Below, one piece after another: positions 20,037 to 31,626 of a DNA stretch of 64,000 bases (positions are counted from its first letter, which is position 1; each line of letters starts with the position of its first letter). The notes under the pieces are model-generated. The model had not been told where the DNA came from and made no database searches. It was given only the letters and a program-made list of their open reading frames with translations. The stretch covers positions 28,206 to 92,205 of IMG/VR virus record IMGVR_UViG_3300035698_014446; one strand, 5' to 3'. Origin of the DNA: a virus. The position numbers and the translations under genes are program-made.

Positions 20037-20565
20037 CCTCCGGTTCTTCTTCCAATTTTTCTTTTAATGTCCTATTTTTTACTAAATTCAGTAAAAAATC
20101 AGCTTCCAAATCATCCTTTACTGTCCTACTACCGATGATACGTTTCTTCATACCCAACATTTTAGTAAGTATTTTTATGTACATTGTGTAGATGTTGGAT
20201 ACTATAACTATTTCCTCAACTTCATCCTTTTTCCATTTCTCTACAGACGCACCTACGTCAAGACCAGTAGTAGCAAGCTTCGCAGCCATGCACTTCGTAG
20301 GTGATGTAATAAAATCTCTGCAAGCCTGAGGCCGTGTCTCGTAGATTCCACAGCCATCCATAACATGATAAAAAGGACACGCTGAAATAACATTCCCAAC
20401 CATCTTATTAATAAACCCGTCTTTTTCCACCTCAGTAAGTCGTGGTTCATTAATTAAGTCCTCATCAGTAACTGGTATTTTCCACGCTATACAACATGTG
20501 CCACATTTACGACAATCATACTCGTCATTCATTGCGGCTATAAATTTGTCCGGGTCCATGTTCAT
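20020..20565 (-). CDS. YkgJ-family CxxCxxCC cysteine cluster protein
   Basis: CRKCGTCC...CPF...CGIYETRPQACRDF. Confidence 0.85.
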   Translation of the reverse strand: MNMDPDKFIAAMNDEYDCRKCGTCCIAWKIPVTDEDLINEPRLTEVEKDGFINKMVGNVISACPFYHVMDGCGIYETRPQACRDFITSPTKCMAAKLATTGLDVGASVEKWKKDEVEEIVIVSNIYTMYIKILTKMLGMKKRIIGSRTVKDDLEADFLLNLVKNRTLKEKLEEEPEDAIVS

Positions 20566-20840
20566 TTTTTCTCAATAGTCTCCAATCTTTTGTCAATTCT
20601 GTCAAAACCTTCTTTTACCGTTTCAACAAAAGTATCTGTTTGCTGTTTTTGAGCCTCAAGATGCATTTCAAACACCTCTTTATCAACTTTATTGATCTTA
20701 ACTTCATCTATTTGCTTACACTGGTTTACTTGTTCGTTCCTCATTACCCCCCACGCGACACCAACTAATAAGGTAGCCACCATTATCGTCCATAACAAAT
20801 GGATTAGTTTCAAATCCCTTGATTTTTCTTCCTTAGCCAT
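20562..20840 (-). CDS. Small single-TM coiled-coil protein (holin-like)
   Basis: One N-terminal TM helix followed by a coiled coil. Confidence 0.4.
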   Translation of the reverse strand: MAKEEKSRDLKLIHLLWTIMVATLLVGVAWGVMRNEQVNQCKQIDEVKINKVDKEVFEMHLEAQKQQTDTFVETVKEGFDRIDKRLETIEKK

Positions 20841-20861
20841 CGGTCTACCTTTCGTAGTTGT

Positions 20862-22325
20862 TTATCCTTGAGTTTCATTAAATCTTGTACTACCCGTGTT
20901 TGGCTGGTCAATATCATCACGTGCGTTAGGACTTATGTTAGTTTGTTTCGTTTTTTCTACGGCTACATTCCTTGCATCGTCCTCTTTTTGTTGCGCTGCT
21001 AATCTTTCCCTTTCCTCGGCAGGATTAAATCCTGGTATCTTATCCCAGAAACCTTCTCTGGAAATTATCTTGTTTTCAGCGGCTACCATCCAGAATCTCG
21101 TTAACTGTTGCCAGATTCTGTCACTCATAGGTTTAAGTCGAGGCTTAATAATACCTGTTTTTAATTGAGTACCGTTAGGGCCTATGTTGAAATTTCTTAT
21201 GGTAATTACATTATCAAACATCTGCTCATAAAACGACTTCCACGAAGCAATATCGTTCGCGGCCACTATCTCTAATGGTTCCCCAAGACTATCGGCTACA
21301 GCCCTGTTACTCATCAAATCCGGAAATCCCAGCCAACTCACGGCTAACCCGGTAGCCCCAGAGACAAGCTGTAAGTTAAGTAATATTGCTTCCTTAATTG
21401 TTTCATAAAAATTGTCCGGAACAACCATTTTTAATTCACCCGATGAAACCATCATCTGCCCTAAAGTCCATCCCGAAGCAGTAATTTTATTAGTAAGTGA
21501 CTCAGCTTCATCGGCGTCAGCTATTTGTACAGCCGGTGTCGGGTGTGCATACAGTTTGTTCGATTTTCGCCAATAGATAAGATCATTACCTATATCGTCA
21601 AGACGAGACAAAACATTAGCAAGTGATGGACTACCTTCTATAGTATCATCATCGTTTAATATTTTATTAAAGGCCACAAATGCTATATTTTCATTAACTA
21701 AAGCACCAGCCGGGATTGTGTAACCTGTTTTCTCACCAGTTTCATCAGCAACTTCTACTTCTTCCCAGCTAACAGCGTACGGCGAAGTCATGTTGTTAAG
21801 ACCCACTGGATAAACAAAATACTTGTATTTATTCCATGACATATATTTAACTTTAACCATATTATCAGTGGAGTCCCAAGGAAGATTAACAAGACACTGA
21901 CCTTGTTTTTCCGCCTCTTTACTCAACTCAGTACACATTCCCTCGTTAAGTTGGTTTTTGTCTATAAAGCTTTGTATGTACTCCCTCTCTGGGGAATTTT
22001 TATTACCACCTTCGATTTCTAAACCATTCGGTATTTTCAAAGCAGCAGATACATTAATTATTCTCTTGACAAGATCACCTCCTATACCAGTGTTAGCGCG
22101 ATACATACTCATTATTTCTTGTATCTGCAACCCACGAGTCTGGTATTCATTACTACCAAGATTACCGCTGCTATCGTCTTGAAGCCGAAGCATAAGGTTT
22201 GCATTGGTTATCTGAATCGCTTCGATAATTATAGCATACTTAAGTTCCATCGCAGCAACTTCCTCAGTATGCATTTTCTTAAGCGTCCTTTTGCTAACCC
22301 TCTTGGTTCTTTTTATACCAAACAT
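20862..22325 (-). CDS. Portal protein
   Basis: 487 aa, helical, downstream of terL. SGATGLAVSWLGFPDLMSNRA resembles a portal motif. Confidence 0.75.
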   Translation of the reverse strand: MFGIKRTKRVSKRTLKKMHTEEVAAMELKYAIIIEAIQITNANLMLRLQDDSSGNLGSNEYQTRGLQIQEIMSMYRANTGIGGDLVKRIINVSAALKIPNGLEIEGGNKNSPEREYIQSFIDKNQLNEGMCTELSKEAEKQGQCLVNLPWDSTDNMVKVKYMSWNKYKYFVYPVGLNNMTSPYAVSWEEVEVADETGEKTGYTIPAGALVNENIAFVAFNKILNDDDTIEGSPSLANVLSRLDDIGNDLIYWRKSNKLYAHPTPAVQIADADEAESLTNKITASGWTLGQMMVSSGELKMVVPDNFYETIKEAILLNLQLVSGATGLAVSWLGFPDLMSNRAVADSLGEPLEIVAANDIASWKSFYEQMFDNVITIRNFNIGPNGTQLKTGIIKPRLKPMSDRIWQQLTRFWMVAAENKIISREGFWDKIPGFNPAEERERLAAQQKEDDARNVAVEKTKQTNISPNARDDIDQPNTGSTRFNETQG

Positions 22326-22337
22326 CTTTGCTCCGAT

Positions 22338-22727
22338 TTAGGATTTCGTACTATCGGTTTTAACTTCGCCGTCCTCATTGGCTTTGCGATTTATAGGGTC
22401 ACCCAACGCAAGTCCGCCTTTACAAGGTCGATGCATTCTTATATCACCTTCCTCATTCTTCATTTCGACGGGATAATCTACCTTCTCGTCGTTTTTTGCC
22501 TCCTGTTTCTCAGCTACCCTGTCAGCGTTCTTCTGTCTTTGCTTAGTCTCGGCAGCTTTCGATTCCTCTTGTGATTTCATGTCAGCAATGTGGTCCTTTT
22601 CTGCCTTTTTAAACTTTTTGACCACCTGCGGTCTACTATTCTTTCGGTTGATGGTTACTCCGAAATTGGCAAGAGCATAATCAGCCAGTCCCGCTTTTGT
22701 GTAATCTTCTACATTAATCTTAGTCAT
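22338..22727 (-). CDS. Hypothetical charged protein
   Basis: ORF with RBS between terL and portal. Confidence 0.5.
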   Translation of the reverse strand: MTKINVEDYTKAGLADYALANFGVTINRKNSRPQVVKKFKKAEKDHIADMKSQEESKAAETKQRQKNADRVAEKQEAKNDEKVDYPVEMKNEEGDIRMHRPCKGGLALGDPINRKANEDGEVKTDSTKS

Positions 22728-22742
22728 GTCCTTGTCCTTTCA

Positions 22743-24098
22743 CTATGCAGGGTATCGGTTACCCATATTATAAGCAAAATTTGCCACTTTATGTGACAAC
22801 CAATTATCAACTACGTATCTCTCTCCGTCAAGTAAATGGTTCCACGTATCAACTGGTTCATTCATGTACTCACCGTCTTTGTCTTCCATCCATTTGTAAT
22901 TACGCTTCTCTTTGATCAAGTTATCAGAATCACCATAAACGTGAACGTGATAGTCTTTCACCAACGATATTCCGTTCCGAATGGAATCCGGGCCTTTTCT
23001 ACACTCGATAATTTTAAACCCAGCCCGTCGTATTTCTTCAATGGACTTAGGCTCAGCACAGTCGGCGATTATTTTATTTTTCTTAGTAATTCCAAGTTTT
23101 ACAAGTTCTCTCGCTATGTCCTGATTGGTTAATTTTAGTTCAAATAACCGCTCTCTCTCCCATATTTCATCCCCTATCATACCCATTTCAATAACGCCGG
23201 TCGGGGCATTACTATAACCAAAGTCAAGACCAAAAGCATGTTTCTCAAACGATTGTCTGGCTGGCCATTCGTTACACACGCTCCAATTAAGGTCTTCCTG
23301 ATAAACCAATCCCTTAGGAGAACCCCATTGACCAAGTGCATAAATCCGATAAGCAGTTATATCCTTTCGCTTTAAATCCTCAAGAATTACCTTATATAAA
23401 TCATCAAGGAACCGGTTATCTTCGTAAGTAGTCAATAAAGAAGTACCGTAAACTTCACGTAGTTCCCCTTTAACAAGAGAAACTTTTTTGAATCTACGAT
23501 ATCTGTCGGTCGCTTTACTCGTTACATCGATTAACCCGGTCCCGTTTTCTTCCGTTTTAAACTCAAAAAATTCTTCCCGTAACCACTTTACCTCAATTGG
23601 GTTAAAGGTAATAACTATTTGTAAAAAAGTACTGGATAAACCCCTAATACGTCTGTCAAGTTCTCTGAAATCTGCCTCAGTAAACTCGGTTGCTTCCTCC
23701 ATCCACGCCCCGGTAAGACCTTCGATCGATTTGATTTTTTCCGGGTCGTCCAGTCCACAACATAAAATCATTGACCCGTCAGTAAAAGTAAAAGTCATGT
23801 CCTTTCTATTAATATGAACTATATTTTTGAGATTCCACAAATCGACGTATTTGTTAAATAACGAAAAAACAGATCGTCTTACCGCCGGTTGAGTCTTTCG
23901 AAGGGCTAATAGTTTATGGCGTATTCCTCTTTTCATTCCAACAAGGATGCGAAGAAGCCACCGTCTGGCGACTTCTTCGCTCTTCCCAGAACCCGCACCA
24001 CCGAACATAACCAAATACCGATCTCTAATACTCAACGCCGGTATATAAACTTCGTTGGAAGTTTCACAATACTGAGATAAGTTACAATTTATAGGCAT
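22743..24098 (-). CDS. terL: Terminase large subunit, PBSX family
   Basis: GGAGSGKS Walker A, GLDDPEKIKS, WMEEATE, TFNP, GLDFGY, ADCAEPKSI, NHLLDGERY. Confidence 0.95.
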   Translation of the reverse strand: MPINCNLSQYCETSNEVYIPALSIRDRYLVMFGGAGSGKSEEVARRWLLRILVGMKRGIRHKLLALRKTQPAVRRSVFSLFNKYVDLWNLKNIVHINRKDMTFTFTDGSMILCCGLDDPEKIKSIEGLTGAWMEEATEFTEADFRELDRRIRGLSSTFLQIVITFNPIEVKWLREEFFEFKTEENGTGLIDVTSKATDRYRRFKKVSLVKGELREVYGTSLLTTYEDNRFLDDLYKVILEDLKRKDITAYRIYALGQWGSPKGLVYQEDLNWSVCNEWPARQSFEKHAFGLDFGYSNAPTGVIEMGMIGDEIWERERLFELKLTNQDIARELVKLGITKKNKIIADCAEPKSIEEIRRAGFKIIECRKGPDSIRNGISLVKDYHVHVYGDSDNLIKEKRNYKWMEDKDGEYMNEPVDTWNHLLDGERYVVDNWLSHKVANFAYNMGNRYPA

Positions 24099-24655
24099 TA
24101 GTTGATTATAGCCTCCGTTAATTCCGCCGGTAATTGCACTTTTACCTCAACCTTGCCCACATTAATCAAATTCTCGCTCAAAAGACCAAGATGTCGCATC
24201 GTCAACTCGATACCCTTTAATTTATCATGAAGCTTAAACTCAAAGCTTTCGGTTATTGAGTCTTCATCAGTGCTGACGATGCGACGTTTGATAGACTTAA
24301 TTCCTCTGGTGTCTATATCTTTGCTCGGTAGTAATACTACATTGCCATCTTTGTCATATTTCGCAAAGTCACTGAACTTCATCATTGCGATTGACTTAAG
24401 TTCGGCTAATACAGCGTCAGCAGTAAGGTCCAATCTTTCAGCCCGTAAATCCATTAATCTTTTAACTTCAATACGGATTAGCTTTTGTTTCATCAATTCA
24501 ACGGAACGTTTTCGAGCTGTCTCCCTCTTCATACCCGGAGTAGCCATCGTGTCGAGATAAGTTTGAGTTTGATTCATCTTAATATCGGCTATAAGAGTTC
24601 TACAGAACATCCGATGCATATGATTCAATTTTCTCAACTCAGTTTTTCTTGGCAT
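24098..24655 (-). CDS. terS: Terminase small subunit
   Basis: N-terminal HTH-like region, TADAVLAELKSIA, KLHDKLKGIELTMRHLG. Confidence 0.85.
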   Translation of the reverse strand: MPRKTELRKLNHMHRMFCRTLIADIKMNQTQTYLDTMATPGMKRETARKRSVELMKQKLIRIEVKRLMDLRAERLDLTADAVLAELKSIAMMKFSDFAKYDKDGNVVLLPSKDIDTRGIKSIKRRIVSTDEDSITESFEFKLHDKLKGIELTMRHLGLLSENLINVGKVEVKVQLPAELTEAIIN

Positions 24656-24659
24656 ATCT

Positions 24660-25010
24660 TCAACTCAACTTCTCGCGTACGCGCGCGCCCGCGCGATGCG
24701 CTGCGCTTTCCCGTGCTCCCTAAGACCTCGTTTCGGTCCCACTCTTCCCCGGTCTTTTCCATCGGATATATCCAGTGGGTTTCGACACGGTATCGAGTAT
24801 GGCTGCGGGATAACCCGCTACCATATCCCCTTAACAGCGCAAGTATATTATATATATTATAAATACCCCGAAGGGGGTAGTCCGGAAACCCCCCGAAAAC
24901 CCCATAGAAAATTTTTCCTGAAAGGGAAGGTATACAGACGTACCCGGATGGTGTACGGACACCACATGAAACCGAATCAATGCGCCGGTCGTTATATTTT
25001 ATGAAAGGAT
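24660..25010. promoter_or_regulatory. Divergent control region between the late operon and the rightward accessory operon
   Basis: Intergenic. GC-rich arms flank a nearly pure A/T core (aagtatattatatatattataaata, 24841-24865). Confidence 0.55.
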
Positions 25011-25015
25011 TCTAT

Positions 25016-25459
25016 ATGAATGAGAAAAAGTTTCGCGAGACGCGGAAGAAAATTACGTATCGATATCGAAAAAATAATGCTGAAAAAATTAGAAAACAAG
25101 ACCGGGAACGGAAGCGAAAAGCCCGGTTAAAAAGGCAATTGATTGCCTCCTGTGAAAAAAGTATGGACGAAACATTCCAGACTATGAGGCCCGCATTATT
25201 TAAGTGGGCACAATTTTTTGCGCATTGGGATAAAAATTTTGAAATAAATGAGTTGGTAAATGTTGCTTTCGCTAATGGTAGTCTTCGGAGGATAAAAAAT
25301 CCCAAACTCTTATCTAAAAAAGTAAAATGGACAATGCAAAATTATATGTGTAAAATTAGACGAGAACACGACCCTGATAAACTTGTACAAATGTATGTTG
25401 ATATGTACGGGAGATTACCTGCTAACGTTGAGGAAAAATCAGATAATGATAATGATTGA
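25016..25459 (+). CDS. Hypothetical basic protein, weak resemblance to sigma-70 region 2
   Basis: AAAGGA RBS. LFKWAQFF...ELVNVAF...WTMQNYMCKIRR. Confidence 0.3.
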   Translation: MNEKKFRETRKKITYRYRKNNAEKIRKQDRERKRKARLKRQLIASCEKSMDETFQTMRPALFKWAQFFAHWDKNFEINELVNVAFANGSLRRIKNPKLLSKKVKWTMQNYMCKIRREHDPDKLVQMYVDMYGRLPANVEEKSDNDND

Positions 25460-25913
25460 TGAACTCACTAAACAAGTACAAATAAACGAGACAGAGTATA
25501 TTTATTATATAGGTGGTTCTGATATATATGGGGAAATGATTGTAGCATTAAAGGAATGTGATATTTCTAACGAAGCAATGCTTGATCTTGAACGTAAAAT
25601 TAGACAAGCGGAAGCAGGACCACGTATTAAAAAGTGGAGACAAAGAAATCCTGATAAATGTCGTAACTACACAAGAAATTATAATATATTAAAACGAGCA
25701 AATGGTATTGGCCTTAATACTGAACAATGGAAGAATATTCTCGAAAAGTACAATTTCAGATGTGCTTATTGTGGTGTTAAAAATAACCTTACCAGAGATC
25801 ATGTGATACCTATTAACAAAGGTGGTGAACATTCTCTAGTGGATGGGTTCCTCATATTTATGGAAAAATATAGATGGCAAGATGTGATCAAATGTCAATA
25901 TTCGACGCGTTGA
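25446..25913 (+). pseudogene. Truncated HNH endonuclease fusion
   Basis: RCAYC...DHVIPINKGGEHS, then lacks the NVVPxCxxCN half present in the paralogues. Confidence 0.6.
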
Positions 25914-26224
25914 ATGTTCTGGAAATGCCAGTTGGTTCAACGATGGAGAATATAAAGAAGAAATATTACGAGTTAGCGATGGTATTTCACCCGGATAAAA
26001 ATCCTGATAATAAGGAAGCAGAAAAAAGGATGAAATTAATTAATGTTGCTTATGAAGTGTGTTGTAAATATGTAGCGTCTAAATTAAAACCAAAACCAAA
26101 ACCAAAACCAAGGCCACAACCGACAAGAAGATCGGGAATACATCCCATTAGATACGTAACATTTACAGTAATGGGTTGTAATGTTAGAAGTAACATCAGT
26201 GGAGTAACGATTACTTTCGTATAA
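25874..26224 (+). CDS. DnaJ J-domain protein
   Basis: IKKKYYELAMVFHPDKNP...INVAYEV, followed by a PK repeat. Confidence 0.9.
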   Translation: MARCDQMSIFDALNVLEMPVGSTMENIKKKYYELAMVFHPDKNPDNKEAEKRMKLINVAYEVCCKYVASKLKPKPKPKPRPQPTRRSGIHPIRYVTFTVMGCNVRSNISGVTITFV

Positions 26225-27238
26225 TGGACAAGTTAGAAAGTAGTAAATGGATTACGATTTTCCGGACGATATTGTTAAGACCCGTACAGGGAGAAGGGCG
26301 TTTTTAGAATTGGGTGTAATAGGACTAAGAGTTAGGGCTCCTGACAGATTAACTATCGAACAACATCAGGAAAGGATAAGTGACGAAATGGGTGGAATGA
26401 CAGATAAGGAAAGGGCAGCAACATTCGACCCACAAGTGCTTGTTGAACATATAGACGCATTTGGCAAAGGGCTATCCCCTTGGGAAATAAAGTTTATTAA
26501 TGGAAATATTGATTATCCCCCGGTAAGGTATACTAAACTACAAGTAGACGTAATTCATCGTATATACTTGGAGAAGTGCGGTTAATGAAAACGAATCTTA
26601 TCATAGTTTGTGAGACATGCGGTGAGGAATTAAATGTTACGGACACAGTATGTGATATAACTAATCGGATAAAGTTTACTGTTCAACCATGTGCTAACAA
26701 AAAGTGTAATAAGGATTTTTGTGCGAATTGTGAGGATGTACAGAATCTTAGTGATAAATTAAGCATACTGGAACAGAGGATAAGAGACGCAAATTTAATT
26801 ATGATACCCATTAAAAGGAAGTTGAAGTTAGTGGAACTCCCTGATTGCTTCGGCGAGCGGGATGCTGAAAAGGCGAAAAAAGAAGATTGTCAATGTAAAG
26901 ATGAATGTGGATATGTTGAGGAATGTATCGAAAAAACGGCTGTTAGTTGAGAATATGTTATGAAACTTACAACATTACAACATTACAAGATTTTCAGGAC
27001 GCATTGTTAGCCTCAGAACTGGAATTAGCTAATCTTAAAGATGCTAATCGAGAACACCAGTATGGGGGAGCTATTTTTCACGCGAATTGTCCGTATTGTA
27101 ATTCTAAATTAAGTATGCCTCAAAAAATGAGTGTTAATAATTTTATGGATGATATAATGCGTATAGTTCCATCAATAATGGCTACCTGTAAAAAATGTGG
27201 TCCTGTAAAAATAGGGCTTAAAAGAATGGAGATACTCA

Positions 27239-27643
27239 GTGAGGAAAAAAGCACCAGTTAAGAAGAAAAAAGTGAAAAAGCGACCTAATTTCGGTCAAAT
27301 ATACATAAAACTGTTCAAGACTAATATATACTATGTATGTTGTAGTAGAAGAGACTACGATATTTTAATAAATCATGTCTTCAACGCTGTAATACCGGAG
27401 GATAAAGAGGGATTTGGTGGTACTACCGAAGGGTATGAGAAAGACAATCAAATAATTGATGTAATATGGATTAACAAAAAATGTGGCAAAGATTCCACAG
27501 TTATAGCACATGAGTCATTTCATGTGGTATTCAATATATTACAACGTAAGGGAATATGGCTTACCCAATCGTCGGAAGAATTGTATGCTTATCTTATGCA
27601 ATCAATAATGATAGATATACTGAATGATTGGAAAAAGAAGTAG
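27239..27643 (+). CDS. Phage HExxH metallopeptidase-like protein
   Basis: VIAHESFHVV...EELYAYL. Confidence 0.55.
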   Translation: MRKKAPVKKKKVKKRPNFGQIYIKLFKTNIYYVCCSRRDYDILINHVFNAVIPEDKEGFGGTTEGYEKDNQIIDVIWINKKCGKDSTVIAHESFHVVFNILQRKGIWLTQSSEELYAYLMQSIMIDILNDWKKK

Positions 27644-28462
27644 TGGAAGACGCTAAGGAAATATTCTACAAATTTATTGACAAAACTGGTTTTTGTTTTG
27701 ACGCATTTGCCGAGGTTAAAGACGATACTGATTATCACAGAATGGTAGCAGCAATGCTTAAGGCAAGTGAAGGTGGAGATCATAAATTTAGTGTAGGCGA
27801 CATGCTTGCCTTTCGTGATGAACTGTTTGAAGCAGGATTTAAGTGGAATATTGATTTTTATATGAGGAAGATTGAATAATGGGACATAAACTTATAATTA
27901 CTGCTCGCGTAACAGTCGACGAAGAAGAATACAAAGAAGCAATAGTCAAAGGTTGGGCGGATAAATTCCACGGAGAGGTATTGGACCCAGACACAATTCA
28001 GTCGTTAGATAACGCAGAGGATTTCATATGGGCCGTACCTTATTTAGATAAGGATGATTTTGACATAGGAGTTGTATGATGACTGAATTAAAAATGATGA
28101 TTGTTATATGGTTGGTGTGTGGTTTGATTCAATGTATAATTACCACAAAACATATCAGCAAATACGACGGTGATTATCTTGGTTGGGATGGAGTATTTGT
28201 GAATTTTGTGTGTGGTCCAATAAAATTATGTTGTTGTATAATTGCACAATTGTTAAGGAATATATAATGACTGGATTAAACATGAGAGTTGGCGACGAAG
28301 GTCAAAAATACGAGGTAAGATGTACTGACAGTGATGGGAAACCAATGGTTATGGGGTGGGCAGGAACTATGAAAGGTACAGGTGGTTTTGTTGATTCGGT
28401 AAAGCTACACCCGGTATTACATAGTCCGAAAATAACAGATAGAGAAACTGGAGAAGTAACAG

Positions 28463-28665
28463 ATGGGTGAGAAAAAATTTGAGTATGTATGTATCAACAC
28501 TTGGAAGTTGATCAGGCATTATTCGTTGATTGTAGAACCATAGTAATATGGCTTAATGAGTTGGGTGAACAGGGTTGGCAAGCAGTTGGTAATATGAGAT
28601 AAAGTGACACTGACCACGGAAAGATAAAATATACTATGCTACTAATGAGAGAAATAAATGGATAA
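28463..28665 (+). pseudogene. DUF4177-like pseudogene (frameshift plus internal TAA)
   Basis: KFEY in one frame. WLNELGEQGWQAV...LLMRE in another frame, with an internal TAA. Confidence 0.55.
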
Positions 28666-29149
28666 ACTAATTCCTCCCGATCTTGAGTTTATATTATATC
28701 TACGATTTAAACGTGGGCTTTTGGCATGTACCCAAGTAAGTGTAGGTGGTGGTATAGCTGATGTAATTGCTATCGACAAAAATAAGAAAATGGTGCTTGA
28801 GTTCGAATTTAAGAAAACCAGCCATGATCTAAAAGTACTTGAGAAAAAGAAAAGGAAACACGATTCTCCGTACAGAAAACCGCATAAATTTTACTATGTA
28901 GTACCCACTAAACTTTGGAAAAGAGAAGAAGCATATCTCCGAGAACAGAAATGTGGGGTAGTAGTGTATAACATTCCGCATAACAGTCTTCATGGTAAGC
29001 GGGAATTTATTACTGAAATCAATTGTCGACCAAATAAAAATATACCTATTGATTATGATTATGTATATCGTCAATTAATGATCAGGTGTACAAGCGCGTA
29101 CGCAAACATGATTATGGATTGTTATGGCCGTAAAAGGAGTTGGTATTGA
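28658..29149 (+). CDS. PD-(D/E)xK nuclease-like (MmcB-like) protein
   Basis: ADVIAI...EFEFKKTSHDL...KFYYVVP. Confidence 0.65.
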   Translation: MDKLIPPDLEFILYLRFKRGLLACTQVSVGGGIADVIAIDKNKKMVLEFEFKKTSHDLKVLEKKKRKHDSPYRKPHKFYYVVPTKLWKREEAYLREQKCGVVVYNIPHNSLHGKREFITEINCRPNKNIPIDYDYVYRQLMIRCTSAYANMIMDCYGRKRSWY

Positions 29150-29517
29150 AAAAGAAACAAAGTAATAAAGAAAAGAAAAAGGTTAAAAAGAGAAAACAAA
29201 AAAGTGCTAAAAGAATAAAAGAAGAATATTTAGCTGCACGTGATGCTCTAATTAATTATTAGAACAATTTTTGTGGAAAAAATCATGGTATTAAAAGAAA
29301 TATGGAAATTTCTTGATCTCTGGAATTATTTTAAGTATTTAGTTACTCTTAATGAAAAATATACATTTGATGATTTACCTGACGAAGGACACAAATGCCG
29401 GTTCTTAATTCCTTATGGTGAAACAGGTTATGTGGATAAAAAAAAAAAAAGAAAATCACATGAATTGTCGGTAGTATACCAATGTAAATGTGGTGAGTTA
29501 GCGGAGATTAATAAATA

Positions 29518-29778
29518 ATGACTGTGGATGATGTAAAAACAGAACTGTCGAGGTTGTTTCCCAACCGGGCTAAATATTTTGATGTGAGAGAACACAGGTT
29601 TGAAGTTGGGCAAAAACCAAAAATTAAAATAACACTGAGAATCGCTGGTGATCTTATTATTGGAGATCACGATGATTGTGGAATACTTTTTAGGCACGAA
29701 CTGAAAGGTTTGATGGTATCGGCGCAAGCTGCTATTATTAACGAACTCGGTTCAATGATAAGGGATATTGATGCATAA
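29518..29778 (+). CDS. Hypothetical protein, paralogue of 30050-30340
   Basis: MTVDDVKTELSRLFPN vs MTVDEVKGELVKLLPN. Confidence 0.6.
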   Translation: MTVDDVKTELSRLFPNRAKYFDVREHRFEVGQKPKIKITLRIAGDLIIGDHDDCGILFRHELKGLMVSAQAAIINELGSMIRDIDA

Positions 29779-30049
29779 TCTACCACAGTGTAAAACGTGT
29801 ATTTTTTATGAAACGAATACCGGTGATCTGGAAGAATACGAGGCTCACTGTTGTCGTTCGCCAAAACATGAGTGGACCGAATTGGACCTTAGGGAATGGA
29901 GAGATAAAAATCCTGACAGAAATGAGTTTACATTAAGGAATACGATACCTCCATTTAGAGTAGAGAGACATTGCGATTATATAGAGGGTGCAGGTATAGG
30001 TATGGGAACCGACCCAAGAATTAATCAGTATTGTTGAAAGAAATATATT

Positions 30050-30340
30050 ATGACTGTAGATGAAGTGAAAGGTGAATTAGTAAAATTGTTACCTAACCAT
30101 CATAAATTATTTGAAGTGGATGAACATGAAACTATGGCTGGTAATGGTACTATGGAGATAACAGTACGTATGCGGTTTGGTAGCGGATTTGTCAAGAGAG
30201 AAGATATACATCTTGATGTAGAACTATCAATGTTGATTGCAGAATTTCAGGGTTTTGTATATCTTAAGTTACGGGAAATGATTGATAAACTTAATTTGGA
30301 AAGGGAAAGTAATGGCCAAGAAGAAAAAGACAACAAATAA
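30050..30340 (+). CDS. Hypothetical protein, paralogue of 29518-29778
   Basis: Shared N-terminus and C-terminal L..MI. Confidence 0.6.
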   Translation: MTVDEVKGELVKLLPNHHKLFEVDEHETMAGNGTMEITVRMRFGSGFVKREDIHLDVELSMLIAEFQGFVYLKLREMIDKLNLERESNGQEEKDNK

Positions 30341-30650
30341 AAAAGCAACAAAGAAAGCGACGAAGAAAGCAACGTCTGAGAAGATAGCGCCGAAGGAAAA
30401 AGTAACGCCGAAAAAGACGGGGCCGTTGAGAAATGTAACCATGCGGGGTGTTGGTTCAAGCAATGCTCAGGCGGCAGGTTATGACGCATTAAGAAAGGAA
30501 CTGTTCGTCACTTTCAGAGGCGGAGCCACGTATAAATACAGCAACATTCCGGACTCCATCTATAAAGGGTTGTTGCAGGCCGAATCCTTCGGGAAATACC
30601 TTAATGATAAGATCAAAGGGGTGTATTCCTTCGAAAAAGTCATAAGTTAG
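30312..30650 (+). CDS. KTSC-domain protein with a histone-H1-like N-terminal tail
   Basis: KKATKK repeats, then SSNAQAAGYD...LFVTFRGGATYKYSNIP...LLQAESFGKYLN. Confidence 0.9.
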   Translation: MAKKKKTTNKKATKKATKKATSEKIAPKEKVTPKKTGPLRNVTMRGVGSSNAQAAGYDALRKELFVTFRGGATYKYSNIPDSIYKGLLQAESFGKYLNDKIKGVYSFEKVIS

Positions 30651-30903
30651 GTGAAACGCAAAATAGATTAGTCGTGTGTAGTAGACACAATAATTACCTA
30701 TATGGCGGCGGCTATTATTGTAATTATTGTGTGGTTGTGGGTTTTGTTATAGGAGAGAGATATGGCGAGGGCGACTAACTGTGATAGAACGTGTACAGCT
30801 TACGATGTATGTGATGAAGAAGGATGCTTGGATATGTTCATCCCTAATATTACGTGTACTGACAAAAACGTGGAAGAAGACGATGAGGAGGACGAAGAAG
30901 AAC

Positions 30904-31065
30904 TTGCCCGTGTACGTTGATAAAATGAGGAAATGTGTACCGAATAGTAAATGGAGATATACACAGTGTTGTCATTTAATAGCTGACACTGTTGACGAAC
31001 TCCATCGTATGGATATTGGTACAGGAACAGTTATTTGGAGTATTGGTGAGCAAACTCGACCCTAA
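30904..31065 (+). pseudogene. Truncated DUF4031-like protein
   Basis: PVYVD...W...CHLIADTVDELH, then diverges. Confidence 0.45.
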
Positions 31066-31395
31066 AAAGAGAGCAATATGTATTTGTTGTAGTCACGATA
31101 GAGATATACCTATGTGTGTACACACAGATTGTCCACATTTTAAAGGCGGACAGAGTTGGAAACACGATAATGATGGAAAGAATAAGAAAGATAAATAAAA
31201 CATAAATTAAAATGTTTTGGAGAATACGTGATTTAATGGCTTTACTGTTTGCTGTATGGTTGGTATTTGTATCTATAGTTGTAATTATATCCGTAATTGA
31301 CTGGTTATTATCACTTTCATTGTGGTTGATGGTTGTTATTATATCGGGACTGGTTATACCAATGATGTTACTTTGTTATTATAGAGATGAAATTG

Positions 31396-31626
31396 ATGGA
31401 TAATAATACATTTGTTAAGCAGTTAGCTGATGAAGCTGAGAAGGAATATTATGATATTCAGAATGTTATATATAAACTCGCCCAAGAGACAGAAAAATAC
31501 AAACATTAGGCTTTCAATTATGTATTGAAATCACTACATGAGAGAATGAATGTTCTTGGTAGGGATATAGGACATATAGTACATATTATTAAGAAACAAG
31601 ACAAAAATGGAGATAGTGATGATTGA
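31396..31626 (+). pseudogene. Small gene interrupted by an in-frame TAG (31507)
   Basis: Overlaps the upstream stop and the downstream start only if read through. Confidence 0.5.
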
